Assembly (NCBI GenBank): GCA_963666985.2
Contig: CAXXIA010000002.1
Location: 2,624,001-2,688,000, forward strand
DNA: 64,000 bases
Direction: 5' to 3'
Source of the DNA: Spirochaetia bacterium
Lineage (GTDB): Bacteria > Spirochaetota > Spirochaetia > DSM-2461
Both the position numbers and the translations under genes were made by a program. Positions within the stretch are counted from its first letter, which is position 1; every line of letters begins with the position of its first letter. The notes under the pieces are model-generated. The model saw only the letters and a program-made list of their open reading frames with translations, was not told the DNA's origin and made no database searches. This document shows, one piece after another, positions 20,022 through 28,445 of this stretch.

Positions 20022-21169
20022 GGGAAGTTTTTGTTCTGGGAATAGGTCAAACGGTATTCGGGAAATTCCCTGAGAAATCGGCCATACAGCTGGGTGCACA
20101 AGCGGCAAGAGCCGCGGTACTCGATTCGGAAATCGATCCGCGGATTCTCCAGGTGGTTTACGGCGGCCGCTCTCTGGATGATACGCAAACGGCGGAAAAT
20201 ATTATGGGACGCCTGGGAGTTCACGGCATTCCCATGTTCAATACGGAGAACGCCTGCACAACAGGCGCGACGGCCGTGCATCAGCTTTATAAAGATATTG
20301 CCTACGGCGTTCATGACATCGGTATGGCCGTTACCTGTGAAGCCATGACGACCAGCAGCAAATCGGGCAAGAAAATGGTCGGCGCCGCCGAAGGGGATTT
20401 AAACGGTACTTTGGGAGTAACTATGCCTTCCCATTTCGCGATGATTGCCCAAAGGCTGATTCATGAAAGGGGCGCCACGCCGGAAGATATTGCTTACCCC
20501 TCCGTGAAAAATCATAAGAATGCCTGCATGAATCCCTATTCCATGTATAAGAAAGCGCTCACAACGGAAGAGATTTTGGCATCCCGGATGGTCAGTGATC
20601 CCCTGACGGTTCTCGAATGCTGCCCCATTACCGACGGCGGCGCGGCCGTTATTCTCTGTACGGAGAAGATGGCCCGGAAATATACAACCACGCTCATTAA
20701 AGTGGCGGCGTCCGTTATCCTGAGCGCTACCGAAGAGAAGTGGGACGACGACATCCTGTCGAATCCCTGCATCCGTGAAACGGCCCGCCTTGCTTATCAG
20801 GCCGCCGGAATCGGACCGGAAGATCTGGATTTGATTGAGCTTCACGACGCTTTTTCATCGGAGGAAATATACACGGCCACATGCCTGGGACTCTGCAAGC
20901 CGGGCGAGGAAGTGTCCATGATCCGTTCCGGAGCGTATGAAATCGATGGAAAATATCCGATTAATCCCAGCGGCGGTCTTTTATCGCTCGGGCATCCTCT
21001 TGGGGCATCCGGAGCACGGGTTGTTTGCGAGGTTGTTCAGCACCTAAGGGAGAGCGCGGGCGGACGGCAGGTTCAAGGGGCCAAAGTCGGCATGGCCGAA
21101 ATGCTCGGGGGGTATCTGACGAGGTTCGGTTCCCCGTCCGTTACGGGCATCAATATTCTAACCCGTTAA
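20018..21169 (+). CDS. thiolase-family protein, SCP2/Ltp-type
   Basis: ENACTTG (catalytic Cys region), CCPITDGGAA, ELHDAF, GHPLGASG. ATGA overlap with DUF35 stop. Confidence 0.9.
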   Translation: MREVFVLGIGQTVFGKFPEKSAIQLGAQAARAAVLDSEIDPRILQVVYGGRSLDDTQTAENIMGRLGVHGIPMFNTENACTTGATAVHQLYKDIAYGVHDIGMAVTCEAMTTSSKSGKKMVGAAEGDLNGTLGVTMPSHFAMIAQRLIHERGATPEDIAYPSVKNHKNACMNPYSMYKKALTTEEILASRMVSDPLTVLECCPITDGGAAVILCTEKMARKYTTTLIKVAASVILSATEEKWDDDILSNPCIRETARLAYQAAGIGPEDLDLIELHDAFSSEEIYTATCLGLCKPGEEVSMIRSGAYEIDGKYPINPSGGLLSLGHPLGASGARVVCEVVQHLRESAGGRQVQGAKVGMAEMLGGYLTRFGSPSVTGINILTR

Positions 21170-21186
21170 AAGTAGGATTGTTGTTC

Positions 21187-21591
21187 ATGATCGACGGAAT
21201 CAATCACATAGGCATCGTGACCGGAAATATTGAAGAGACTCTTACCAAGTGGAAAACCTATATGGAATTGGAGGTTGTCGGCTCGGCCAATTATCCGGAG
21301 AGGGGGCAGATGTCCACCATGGTGAAAATTGGAGAGAGCAGTTATATCGAGCTGATGCAGCCGTTGGGAGAAAGCGGAGTCATTGCGGATTTCCTCAAAA
21401 AACACGGCGAGGGCATTCATCATATTTCCCTCCACACGAACGGCCTTTCAGGCGACTGTAACCTTTTGGGAGAAAACGGAATCAAAGTGCTCGGCAATCC
21501 GGGAGATGCCGTCCGGTTTACTCATCCGAAGACGACGAACGGCGTGCTCTTTGAGGTTACCGAGAGTCGGAACGAAAAGGTGGAGTATTAG
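21187..21591 (+). CDS. VOC-family protein (methylmalonyl-CoA epimerase-like)
   Basis: INHIGIV, YIELMQP, GEGIHHISL, HPKTTNGVLFE metal-ligand pattern. Confidence 0.85.
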   Translation: MIDGINHIGIVTGNIEETLTKWKTYMELEVVGSANYPERGQMSTMVKIGESSYIELMQPLGESGVIADFLKKHGEGIHHISLHTNGLSGDCNLLGENGIKVLGNPGDAVRFTHPKTTNGVLFEVTESRNEKVEY

Positions 21592-21643
21592 GACCCATTC
21601 CGGAAACGACATCAGGAAATAATAATCTTTTGGAGGAATAGAC

Positions 21644-22651
21644 ATGAGTAAAGCATGGCAGGAATATCTGCCGGAGAACTTTAAAGAAACTTACGATTAC
21701 TCGAATCGCATGTGGAGAAGCGGTTTATACCAATTCCCGCCGCTTATCGTTACCTGCGCCATCACCGGCGGAAACGCCGGAAAAGAGATAAACCCGAATC
21801 TCCCCGAGTCCCTGGAAGAACAGGTGGAACAGACGAGTGCCGCCTACCAGGCCGGAGCCGGCATGGTTCACATCCATCGCCGGAAGCCGGATAACCCCTG
21901 CGCGGTCACCGAAGATCCGGAACTCTATCGGGAAGTGAATCGGGAAATTAGAAAACGGTGCCCCGATCTGATTATCAACAATACGGCCATCGGCGGACGC
22001 TTTAAGATTTCCGACACGGAACTTTCCGAGCAATGCTGGACTTCCATCTACGCGGAGCCCGAAATAGCCAGTCTGGACATCTCGAATTACTGTTCCTTGC
22101 TGACTCTGCCCAAACGTGAGCCGCCTCTGTTCGGCCGGGATGAACCGGTTACACGGGAATGGGGATACAGTATTACCCAAACCGAAGTGTTCCGGACTCT
22201 GGAACTTATGAAAAAACATAACGTGAAGCCCGAGTTCGAGTGCTTTCAGATGTCCGATATCATGTACACCAAAAAGGTTCTTGATGCCGGATATGAAGAT
22301 CAGCTTGGAGGCCCCCACCTGATCCAGTTTGTTTTTACGCCCGGCGGCAGCAATTGGCCGACCATGGATTTTTTTACCGCTATGAAAAATGCCGTGCCTC
22401 GAGGCTGTCATCTGGGTGTGATCGCCGCCGGCGCTCAGCAGTTTCCCCTGCTGGCCATGGCTATCTGCCAGGGACTCCATGTTCGGGTGGGCATGGAAGA
22501 CAACGTTTACCTGGAAAAAGGCAAACTGGCCGAAAGCAATGCCCAGCTGGTTGAGAAAATTGTTCAAATCGCCGGTTTACTCGGCAGGAAGGTTGCTACT
22601 CCATCGGAAGCTCGAATGATGCTCGGTTTGGGTGAACCGCGGAACTGGTAA
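21644..22651 (+). CDS. beta-keto acid cleavage enzyme (BKACE/DUF849, Kce-like)
   Basis: LIVTCAITG, GAGMVHIHRR, KPEFEC, HVRVGMEDN, ATPSEAR. Confidence 0.9.
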   Translation: MSKAWQEYLPENFKETYDYSNRMWRSGLYQFPPLIVTCAITGGNAGKEINPNLPESLEEQVEQTSAAYQAGAGMVHIHRRKPDNPCAVTEDPELYREVNREIRKRCPDLIINNTAIGGRFKISDTELSEQCWTSIYAEPEIASLDISNYCSLLTLPKREPPLFGRDEPVTREWGYSITQTEVFRTLELMKKHNVKPEFECFQMSDIMYTKKVLDAGYEDQLGGPHLIQFVFTPGGSNWPTMDFFTAMKNAVPRGCHLGVIAAGAQQFPLLAMAICQGLHVRVGMEDNVYLEKGKLAESNAQLVEKIVQIAGLLGRKVATPSEARMMLGLGEPRNW

Positions 22652-22721
22652 CCCGGTACAAAATCTTCCGGAATTCAATTTTCGGCCACGGTAAGAAACG
22701 GTGCTGCGGCCGGGAATCCGT

Positions 22722-23426
22722 TTATTCGCATACCAGGTTCTCATCCCATTCGAAGATTCGCGCCGCTTCGATAAAGCGTGGATCGGGCGGGGCGGTTAGG
22801 GAGATTCTTTCACCGGTAACAGGATGCAGAAAGGAGAGCCGGTGGGCCCTGAGCATCAGGCCGTCCAGGCCGGTTTGTTCCCGCCAGATTCGGTTTCGGG
22901 GGTTATCGCCGTGGGGGATGTCGCCCAGGATGGGATGACTGACTCTGGAAAGGTGCCGCCTGATTTGATGATAGCGGCCGGTGATGAGATTGCATTCGAC
23001 AAGACTGTATCGGCTGGAAGGAAAATTACCGTCGGACCAGGGAGCTTCGGCCGCTGCCAGGCTCCGCCATTTCGTGGCCGCTTCCCGTTCGGGTTTCTCC
23101 GGGGCCTGCTTCATCGGCGAATCAATAACGCCCATGCCTTCCATCCGGCCTCTCACCACACACAGATATTTCTTCTCAATTCCATCACGGCCGCGAAGGG
23201 CCGTGCCGAGCGTTGAGGCGACTTCACTGCTTTTTGCGATGAGCAGGACGCCGCCCACGGGACGGTCGAGGCGGTGCGCCGGATAGAGGCGGTATCCGAG
23301 GCTTTCTTCCAGAAGTGACTGGACGCTCATCTCTCCTCGGGACATTTTCGTGGGGTGGACATGAATATCCCGAGGCTTGTCCACCGCCAGGATGTGTTCG
23401 TCTTCGTAAAGGATGGGGATGATCAT
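22722..23426 (-). CDS. RNA pseudouridine synthase, RluA/TruC family
   Basis: ILYEDEHILAVDKP, HRLDR catalytic motif, GRYHQIRRHL, HPILGD. Start ATG 23426 overlaps the rarA stop. Confidence 0.9.
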   Translation of the reverse strand: MIIPILYEDEHILAVDKPRDIHVHPTKMSRGEMSVQSLLEESLGYRLYPAHRLDRPVGGVLLIAKSSEVASTLGTALRGRDGIEKKYLCVVRGRMEGMGVIDSPMKQAPEKPEREAATKWRSLAAAEAPWSDGNFPSSRYSLVECNLITGRYHQIRRHLSRVSHPILGDIPHGDNPRNRIWREQTGLDGLMLRAHRLSFLHPVTGERISLTAPPDPRFIEAARIFEWDENLVCE

Positions 23427-25705
23427 GAGGACTTGCGGGCCGTAACGATGAAAAGGCCGGTGCGCCATCGGACCGTTTTGCCGCTGAGCAGGGCTTTGAC
23501 GGATCCGGCATAATCGGCCCACTCGGTTCGGCCCAAGCGGGAAGACATGCGTTCGCCGTAGCCTCCGGGATTCGCCGCAGTGAGCCAGCGCTCCAGGATG
23601 CCTTCCGAGAGGAGCCGGTCTTCCACCGCCTCCTGTTCGGCAACGGCCGCAGCGTTCCAGCCCGATTCTTCAATCAGCTTTAATAAAGCATCGGCATCCC
23701 CACTCGTCTCATCATTGCCTCCGGCGAGGTTCGCCATCACCGCGGCCTCGGCTTCGCGGAAGGCCTTCATTCGGCCTTCATCCCAAACGCCTTTGGGAAT
23801 GAGATCGCCCAGGAGGGTTCCCTCACCGGGGCGCGCCTCGGCCAGATACAGGGCGCCCTGTGGGGCGGCGAGGCTCAGGGCGGCGGTCAGCCGCTCGTGT
23901 CTTTCTGTGTTGCCGCTTGAGGTGATCAGCCAGTTGCGGCCGAGAACGGCGTCGAAGAGGGCACCGCTTTTGGAAAGAGAGAGAAGGGGATTCGGATTGT
24001 TTTCGCCTGGGGCCAGAAAGAGAGGGCGTTCGGTTTCGGGAAGCCCTCCGGCCAGCCAGGAAAGGGCATCATAGGCACGAGTGCCGGAGCACAGAGCGGT
24101 AACGCCGCCTTCGGGTACGCGGCGATGGGCTTCCCAGACCAGAACGCCCGAAGGATCGGAGACGATAAGGACGCGGTCGTGCCGTTTGGCCCGCCATGTG
24201 TCGAAGAGAATGTTTCGGACGGCGACGGCGAGAGTTTCCTGGGCGGACTCGGTTCGGCGGACCCAGCGCTCTCTCTCGTCGTCGCCCGGAGAATAGGTGA
24301 GAACCTCCGGGCTTCGGGAGGACAGGGTCGTACCGCAGTGAAGCGAGGAACGATCCCGGCAGTCATCCTCATCAAGCATCGATGCGACTTGAGCTTCCCT
24401 TCGGGCCAGGACGGAGTTTCTGACATCGCCTTCGTATCCGAGTTCTCCGGGGCGGTAGAAGATGCGGCCGGTTAAGCCGTCGGGGAGGTATTGCTGGGCG
24501 GTCCAGTGGTCGCGCCAGGCGTGCGGGTACTTGTAGCCTTCGCCGTGGCCGAAGGCGTGTTTATCGCGGCTGGAATCTTTGAGGTGATTCGGGACGTCCC
24601 GGTTCGTTTCCGCGTCCACGATTTTCAGGGCGTCGAAGTAGCCCAGGGCTGAGTTGGATTTCGGGCAGGTGGCCAGATACAGACAGGCATGGGTGAGATG
24701 GTACTGACCCTCGGGAAGCCCGACGCGGTCGAAGGCGGCGGCGCATGATTGGACGACTCCCAGGGCTTCGGGCGCGGCCAGGCCCACGTCTTCGCAGGCG
24801 GAAATCAGCATGCGGCGGAAGATGAATCGGGGGTCTTCTCCGGCGCGGATCATCAGGGCCATCCAGTAGAGGGCGGCATCGGGGTCTGATCCGCGGAGGG
24901 ATTTGATGAAGGCGCTGATGGTGTCGAAGTGGTAGTCGCCTTCCTTGTCGTAAAGAACCGCTTTGCGCTGGATGCTTTCTTCGGCGGCCGCCAGGGTGAC
25001 GCTGATGGATGTTCCCTCGGGCGGCGGGAATGTTTCGGGAGTGGTTTCCACGGCGAGCTGGAGGGCGTTCAGCAGACTGCGGGCGTCGCCTGAGGCGATG
25101 TTGACCAGGTGCTCCAGGGCGCCGGATTCGAAGGTGACCTTCCATCGTCCGTAGCCCCGCTCCTTATCCGAGAGGGCTTGGCGGGCGACGTTCATCAAAT
25201 CCCCTTCATCCAGAGAGGTCAGCTGGAAAACGCGGCTTCGGCTGACCAGAGCTTTGTTCACTTCGAAATAGGGATTTTCGGTGGTGGCTCCGATGAGGAT
25301 GACGGTGCCGTTTTCCACCCAGGGCAAGAGGGCGTCCTGCTGGGATTTGTTCCATCGGTGCACTTCGTCCACAAAGAGGATGGTGCGGCTGCCGTGGAGG
25401 CTGCGGGCGTCTTTGGCCGCATCGATTTCCCGGCGGATGTCGGCGACGCCGGTGAGGACGGCGTTCAGGGTGACAAAGCGGCTTTTGGTGCTTCCGGCGA
25501 TAACGCGGGCCAGAGTGGTTTTTCCGGTTCCGGGAGGGCCGTAGAAGATGAGGCTGGAGAGCTGGTCGGCGTCGATGGCTCGGCGCAAAAGGCGGCCCGG
25601 ACCGACGATGTGGTCCTGGCCGATGAATTCCTCAAGGGTGCGGGGGCGCATGCGCGCGGCGAGCGGTTCGCCGGTTTTGGGCGCGGAGGCTTCAAAGAGA
25701 TCCAA
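23423..25705 (-). CDS. rarA: replication-associated recombination protein RarA/MgsA with long C-terminal extension
   Basis: PLAARMRP, GPPGTGKT, DEVHR, ATTENPYF, ISAFIKSLRGSDPDAA, plus about 300 extra C-terminal residues. Confidence 0.9.
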   Translation of the reverse strand: MDLFEASAPKTGEPLAARMRPRTLEEFIGQDHIVGPGRLLRRAIDADQLSSLIFYGPPGTGKTTLARVIAGSTKSRFVTLNAVLTGVADIRREIDAAKDARSLHGSRTILFVDEVHRWNKSQQDALLPWVENGTVILIGATTENPYFEVNKALVSRSRVFQLTSLDEGDLMNVARQALSDKERGYGRWKVTFESGALEHLVNIASGDARSLLNALQLAVETTPETFPPPEGTSISVTLAAAEESIQRKAVLYDKEGDYHFDTISAFIKSLRGSDPDAALYWMALMIRAGEDPRFIFRRMLISACEDVGLAAPEALGVVQSCAAAFDRVGLPEGQYHLTHACLYLATCPKSNSALGYFDALKIVDAETNRDVPNHLKDSSRDKHAFGHGEGYKYPHAWRDHWTAQQYLPDGLTGRIFYRPGELGYEGDVRNSVLARREAQVASMLDEDDCRDRSSLHCGTTLSSRSPEVLTYSPGDDERERWVRRTESAQETLAVAVRNILFDTWRAKRHDRVLIVSDPSGVLVWEAHRRVPEGGVTALCSGTRAYDALSWLAGGLPETERPLFLAPGENNPNPLLSLSKSGALFDAVLGRNWLITSSGNTERHERLTAALSLAAPQGALYLAEARPGEGTLLGDLIPKGVWDEGRMKAFREAEAAVMANLAGGNDETSGDADALLKLIEESGWNAAAVAEQEAVEDRLLSEGILERWLTAANPGGYGERMSSRLGRTEWADYAGSVKALLSGKTVRWRTGLFIVTARKSS

Positions 25706-25843
25706 GGAATCCTCCCGGGCGATTGACGGTGCCGGCTTTGGGGATAGAAACGTCTGCGATGGGTGAGTGGGTGCTGTTAACTCTGCCGCCGCTCAATATC
25801 CGGCGTGTCGGGAGGGGATTTTTACGAATGTCTCGGGCGGCCC

Positions 25844-26443
25844 TCATCCGACGAGTTTACGGATTTCGGCCTTTCCCTGGGTAAGAACTTCGGCGTACTG
25901 CTCGTCCAGCCGGGAGAATTCTTCCGAGAGGATTTTACCGAACTCAGGGTCCTGTTCCGGGGTGAGTTGAACGGCTCGTCCGGTTTGCTGCCTGAGCTGC
26001 TGCTCTTTTTGCCTCAGCCGGGGTTCCCACTGGGTTCGTAAGTGTTCCTCGATTTGCTTCAGATTATCCAGGTATTGCTTGAAGAGGTCGGAAAATTGAT
26101 TCATCAGATAGTCGAGGGTTTTCGCGTCCGGTCCTTTCTTCGGGCCGATGCTTTTAACGGCGTCGGAGATAATAGGGAATTTCGAGATGTCGGTTTCATA
26201 GCGGGGGAGGGTGAGGTTGGCCAGGAGGGCCTCCAGGAGTCCTTCCCGGGCCCATTTGGCTTCGTCGTCTTTCAGTGAGTCCAGTTCTTTTTCCAGGGAG
26301 ACGGCGCTCGGATCCGCGATGTAGCGTCCGGCAATGGTTTTTCCCTTCTTTATCGATTCGTCCCGGTGAACCGCTTCTTTATCGATAACGACGTTGGCCG
26401 TTCGTTCCAAGGCCAGTTCCAGGGCTGATTTGATTTTGCTCAT
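25844..26443 (-). CDS. conserved hypothetical helical protein
   Basis: 199-aa ORF beginning MSKIKSALELALERT with a good RBS (AAGGAG). Confidence 0.75.
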   Translation of the reverse strand: MSKIKSALELALERTANVVIDKEAVHRDESIKKGKTIAGRYIADPSAVSLEKELDSLKDDEAKWAREGLLEALLANLTLPRYETDISKFPIISDAVKSIGPKKGPDAKTLDYLMNQFSDLFKQYLDNLKQIEEHLRTQWEPRLRQKEQQLRQQTGRAVQLTPEQDPEFGKILSEEFSRLDEQYAEVLTQGKAEIRKLVG

Positions 26444-26515
26444 GTCGTCTCCTTTGTTGAACTAAGATAAGCCTGATAAGCCGGGTCGGCAAGATTGTTG
26501 ATGCTTCTCTTCTCC

Positions 26516-26623
26516 GAGGCAATTTCATAATTCATGAAATTGCTTGGAACCGACGGCTGAAATCCCTTTAGAATCAATTATAAAGGTTTTATTTCAGAAA
26601 TCGCCGATTTTTGGAATCGCCTC
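26516..26623. mobile_element. ~108-bp MITE-like element (empty copy of the element hosting the IS1111 at 61047-62688)
   Basis: Terminal IRs GAGGCAATTTCA / TGGAATCGCCTC and two internal palindromes. Close match, in reverse orientation, to 61047-61104 + 62633-62688. Confidence 0.75.
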
Positions 26624-26634
26624 CTCATGTTATA

Positions 26635-27279
26635 TCATGTGTCGCGAGTGTCGGAAATGAAGATGATCTCCAAATCGGTTACCATTCCGTCGAGGCATTC
26701 ATCATGCGCATCCATGGGGACGCTTTCCATGATCTGTTCGGCATAGCCGTATCCGATGCGGAGCGGGGCTGTTTTATCGGCGGCGGCCGCCTCTTGGCGA
26801 ACCCGTGAAAGGAAGCGGTCGTAATATCCGCCTCCGCGTCCCAGCCGGCCGCCGCGTTTGTCGAAGGCCAGTCCCGGCACGATGATGAGGCTTGGGCCGG
26901 CAGCGGAGAGAAAATCCCAGAGAGGCGCCGAGGCCTGAGGCTGCCGGATGCCGAAAGGGCCTGTTTCAAAGGGACCGTTACAATCGTTGAGACGCCGAAA
27001 CTCCATGTTTTTATCTGTGATTCTCGGGGCATAGACTTTCTTGTTCTCTTTAAGCGCGGCTTTGATAAGAGGATCGGCGTTCAGTTCGCTTCCGAACGCC
27101 AGATAGAGCAGTACGCATTGCGCGTTTTGCCATGCCTCTGTTGCTTTGAGCAGAGCGCAGGCTCGGTCCGCGGCCGATTTTCGCTTGTCCTTGGGTATTC
27201 CGGCAAGGATGTGTTTCGCCGCGGTTCCGGCCGCGTTTTTTTGTTTCCGGATGTTTGCTTGTGTTTCGCCGCTGTTCAT
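26635..27279 (-). CDS. 5-formyltetrahydrofolate cyclo-ligase
   Basis: VPGLAFDKRGGRLGRGGGYYDRFL, GPFGIRQP, VPMDAHD. Confidence 0.93.
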   Translation of the reverse strand: MNSGETQANIRKQKNAAGTAAKHILAGIPKDKRKSAADRACALLKATEAWQNAQCVLLYLAFGSELNADPLIKAALKENKKVYAPRITDKNMEFRRLNDCNGPFETGPFGIRQPQASAPLWDFLSAAGPSLIIVPGLAFDKRGGRLGRGGGYYDRFLSRVRQEAAAADKTAPLRIGYGYAEQIMESVPMDAHDECLDGMVTDLEIIFISDTRDT

Positions 27280-27597
27280 GCCGCCTCTTGAGTCTCAAGG
27301 ATGGACCGGGAAGGCGTATGGATCAAGATGGCGTGGGGGGCGCAACTTGATATGGCCGGATGAGGCGGCGAATGAGCCGCGGCTTAATGGAAGGGGGGCG
27401 GCGAAGGGTTTTGCCTCAAACGGCGCGGCATCCGGGTATCGGGAGAACGGCCTGAGCGGGAGATGAAAGAGCGATTATCGGATGGGCTTGGACCCGGCTT
27501 GGCCGGGGTCAGCAAAAAAAACCCGCATCGGCCGCAGTGGTGGTATGGCGAACGCGGGTTCTTTGTAATTCACGCCCGGGGCAACGGCGCTCTATTG

Positions 27598-28245
27598 TTA
27601 AAGCTTGACGTCTTGGGATGCGAAGCTGACGGCCATGCCGTTGGTTCGAACGGCGACAAAATCGGCCTTGGCTCCGCTCGCGCCGGGAAGATCCACGTAC
27701 CAGCCCGCGGTTTGGCCGCTGGGATCGGCGATGAGCAGACGTCCGCGCTCGGAGAGGAAGGTCAGCTTAACGGGGATGTCGGCGTAAAGATTCGCCAGCA
27801 GCAGGGGTTCGGCGTACTTGAGGGAGACCGAGTCGACGATTTCCATTTTGGAATTACTGTCGCTTTTATACACTTGAGCGCTCAGCCCGGTGGGGATGCT
27901 TTTGGAAGAGGGATTCTCGTCGTAGTTCAGCCACAGAAGCCAGGAATCGCTCATGCCCCAGGATTTGCCCTTGGGAGCCGTGTCGGAAAGAATGTGAATG
28001 CCGACGCCGCCGTGACCGTCTTCACCGCCGCCTTCGTAGCGCATGGTGAATTCATAGACCATCGATCCGTTTTGAGGGACCGAAAGCCATGCCTTGGCGC
28101 GCGGTGCTTTCACATCGTTCTGATAGAGTCGATTTCCTCTGAAGTTCCACTGTCCTTCCGGTGTGCCGTAACGGCCGTAACCGTCGGCGAAGACCATTCC
28201 CCCCGCCGTGACGACGACGAGGAAGAGAGCGAGTAACTTTTTCAT
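27598..28245 (-). CDS. exported hypothetical protein (beta-rich)
   Basis: Signal peptide MKKLLALFLVVVTAGGMVFA and RBS GGAGG; no family recognised. Confidence 0.75.
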   Translation of the reverse strand: MKKLLALFLVVVTAGGMVFADGYGRYGTPEGQWNFRGNRLYQNDVKAPRAKAWLSVPQNGSMVYEFTMRYEGGGEDGHGGVGIHILSDTAPKGKSWGMSDSWLLWLNYDENPSSKSIPTGLSAQVYKSDSNSKMEIVDSVSLKYAEPLLLANLYADIPVKLTFLSERGRLLIADPSGQTAGWYVDLPGASGAKADFVAVRTNGMAVSFASQDVKL

Positions 28246-28445
28246 GTTGCCTCCTGGTGTTCCGGTTTTTCCCCGGTAATGGTTAATGGCAATAAATTAT
28301 ATGCCTGTGTATTAATAAAAGGGTGAAAAAGGTGCTTCAGTTACGTGAAATCTTAATGAAAATATGCCGCGGCCATTGAATCCCGGGAAGAAATGCATTA
28401 ACGGCGGCATCGGATGTTAACGGAGCTTTCCTTTTCCGGTATTCG

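Noticed and set aside
27280..27597. 6S RNA upstream of the 5-formyl-THF cyclo-ligase gene
   Set aside because: The linkage is common in other bacteria, but I could not find a long rod-like pairing with a central bubble here. An Rfam RF00013 search would settle it.
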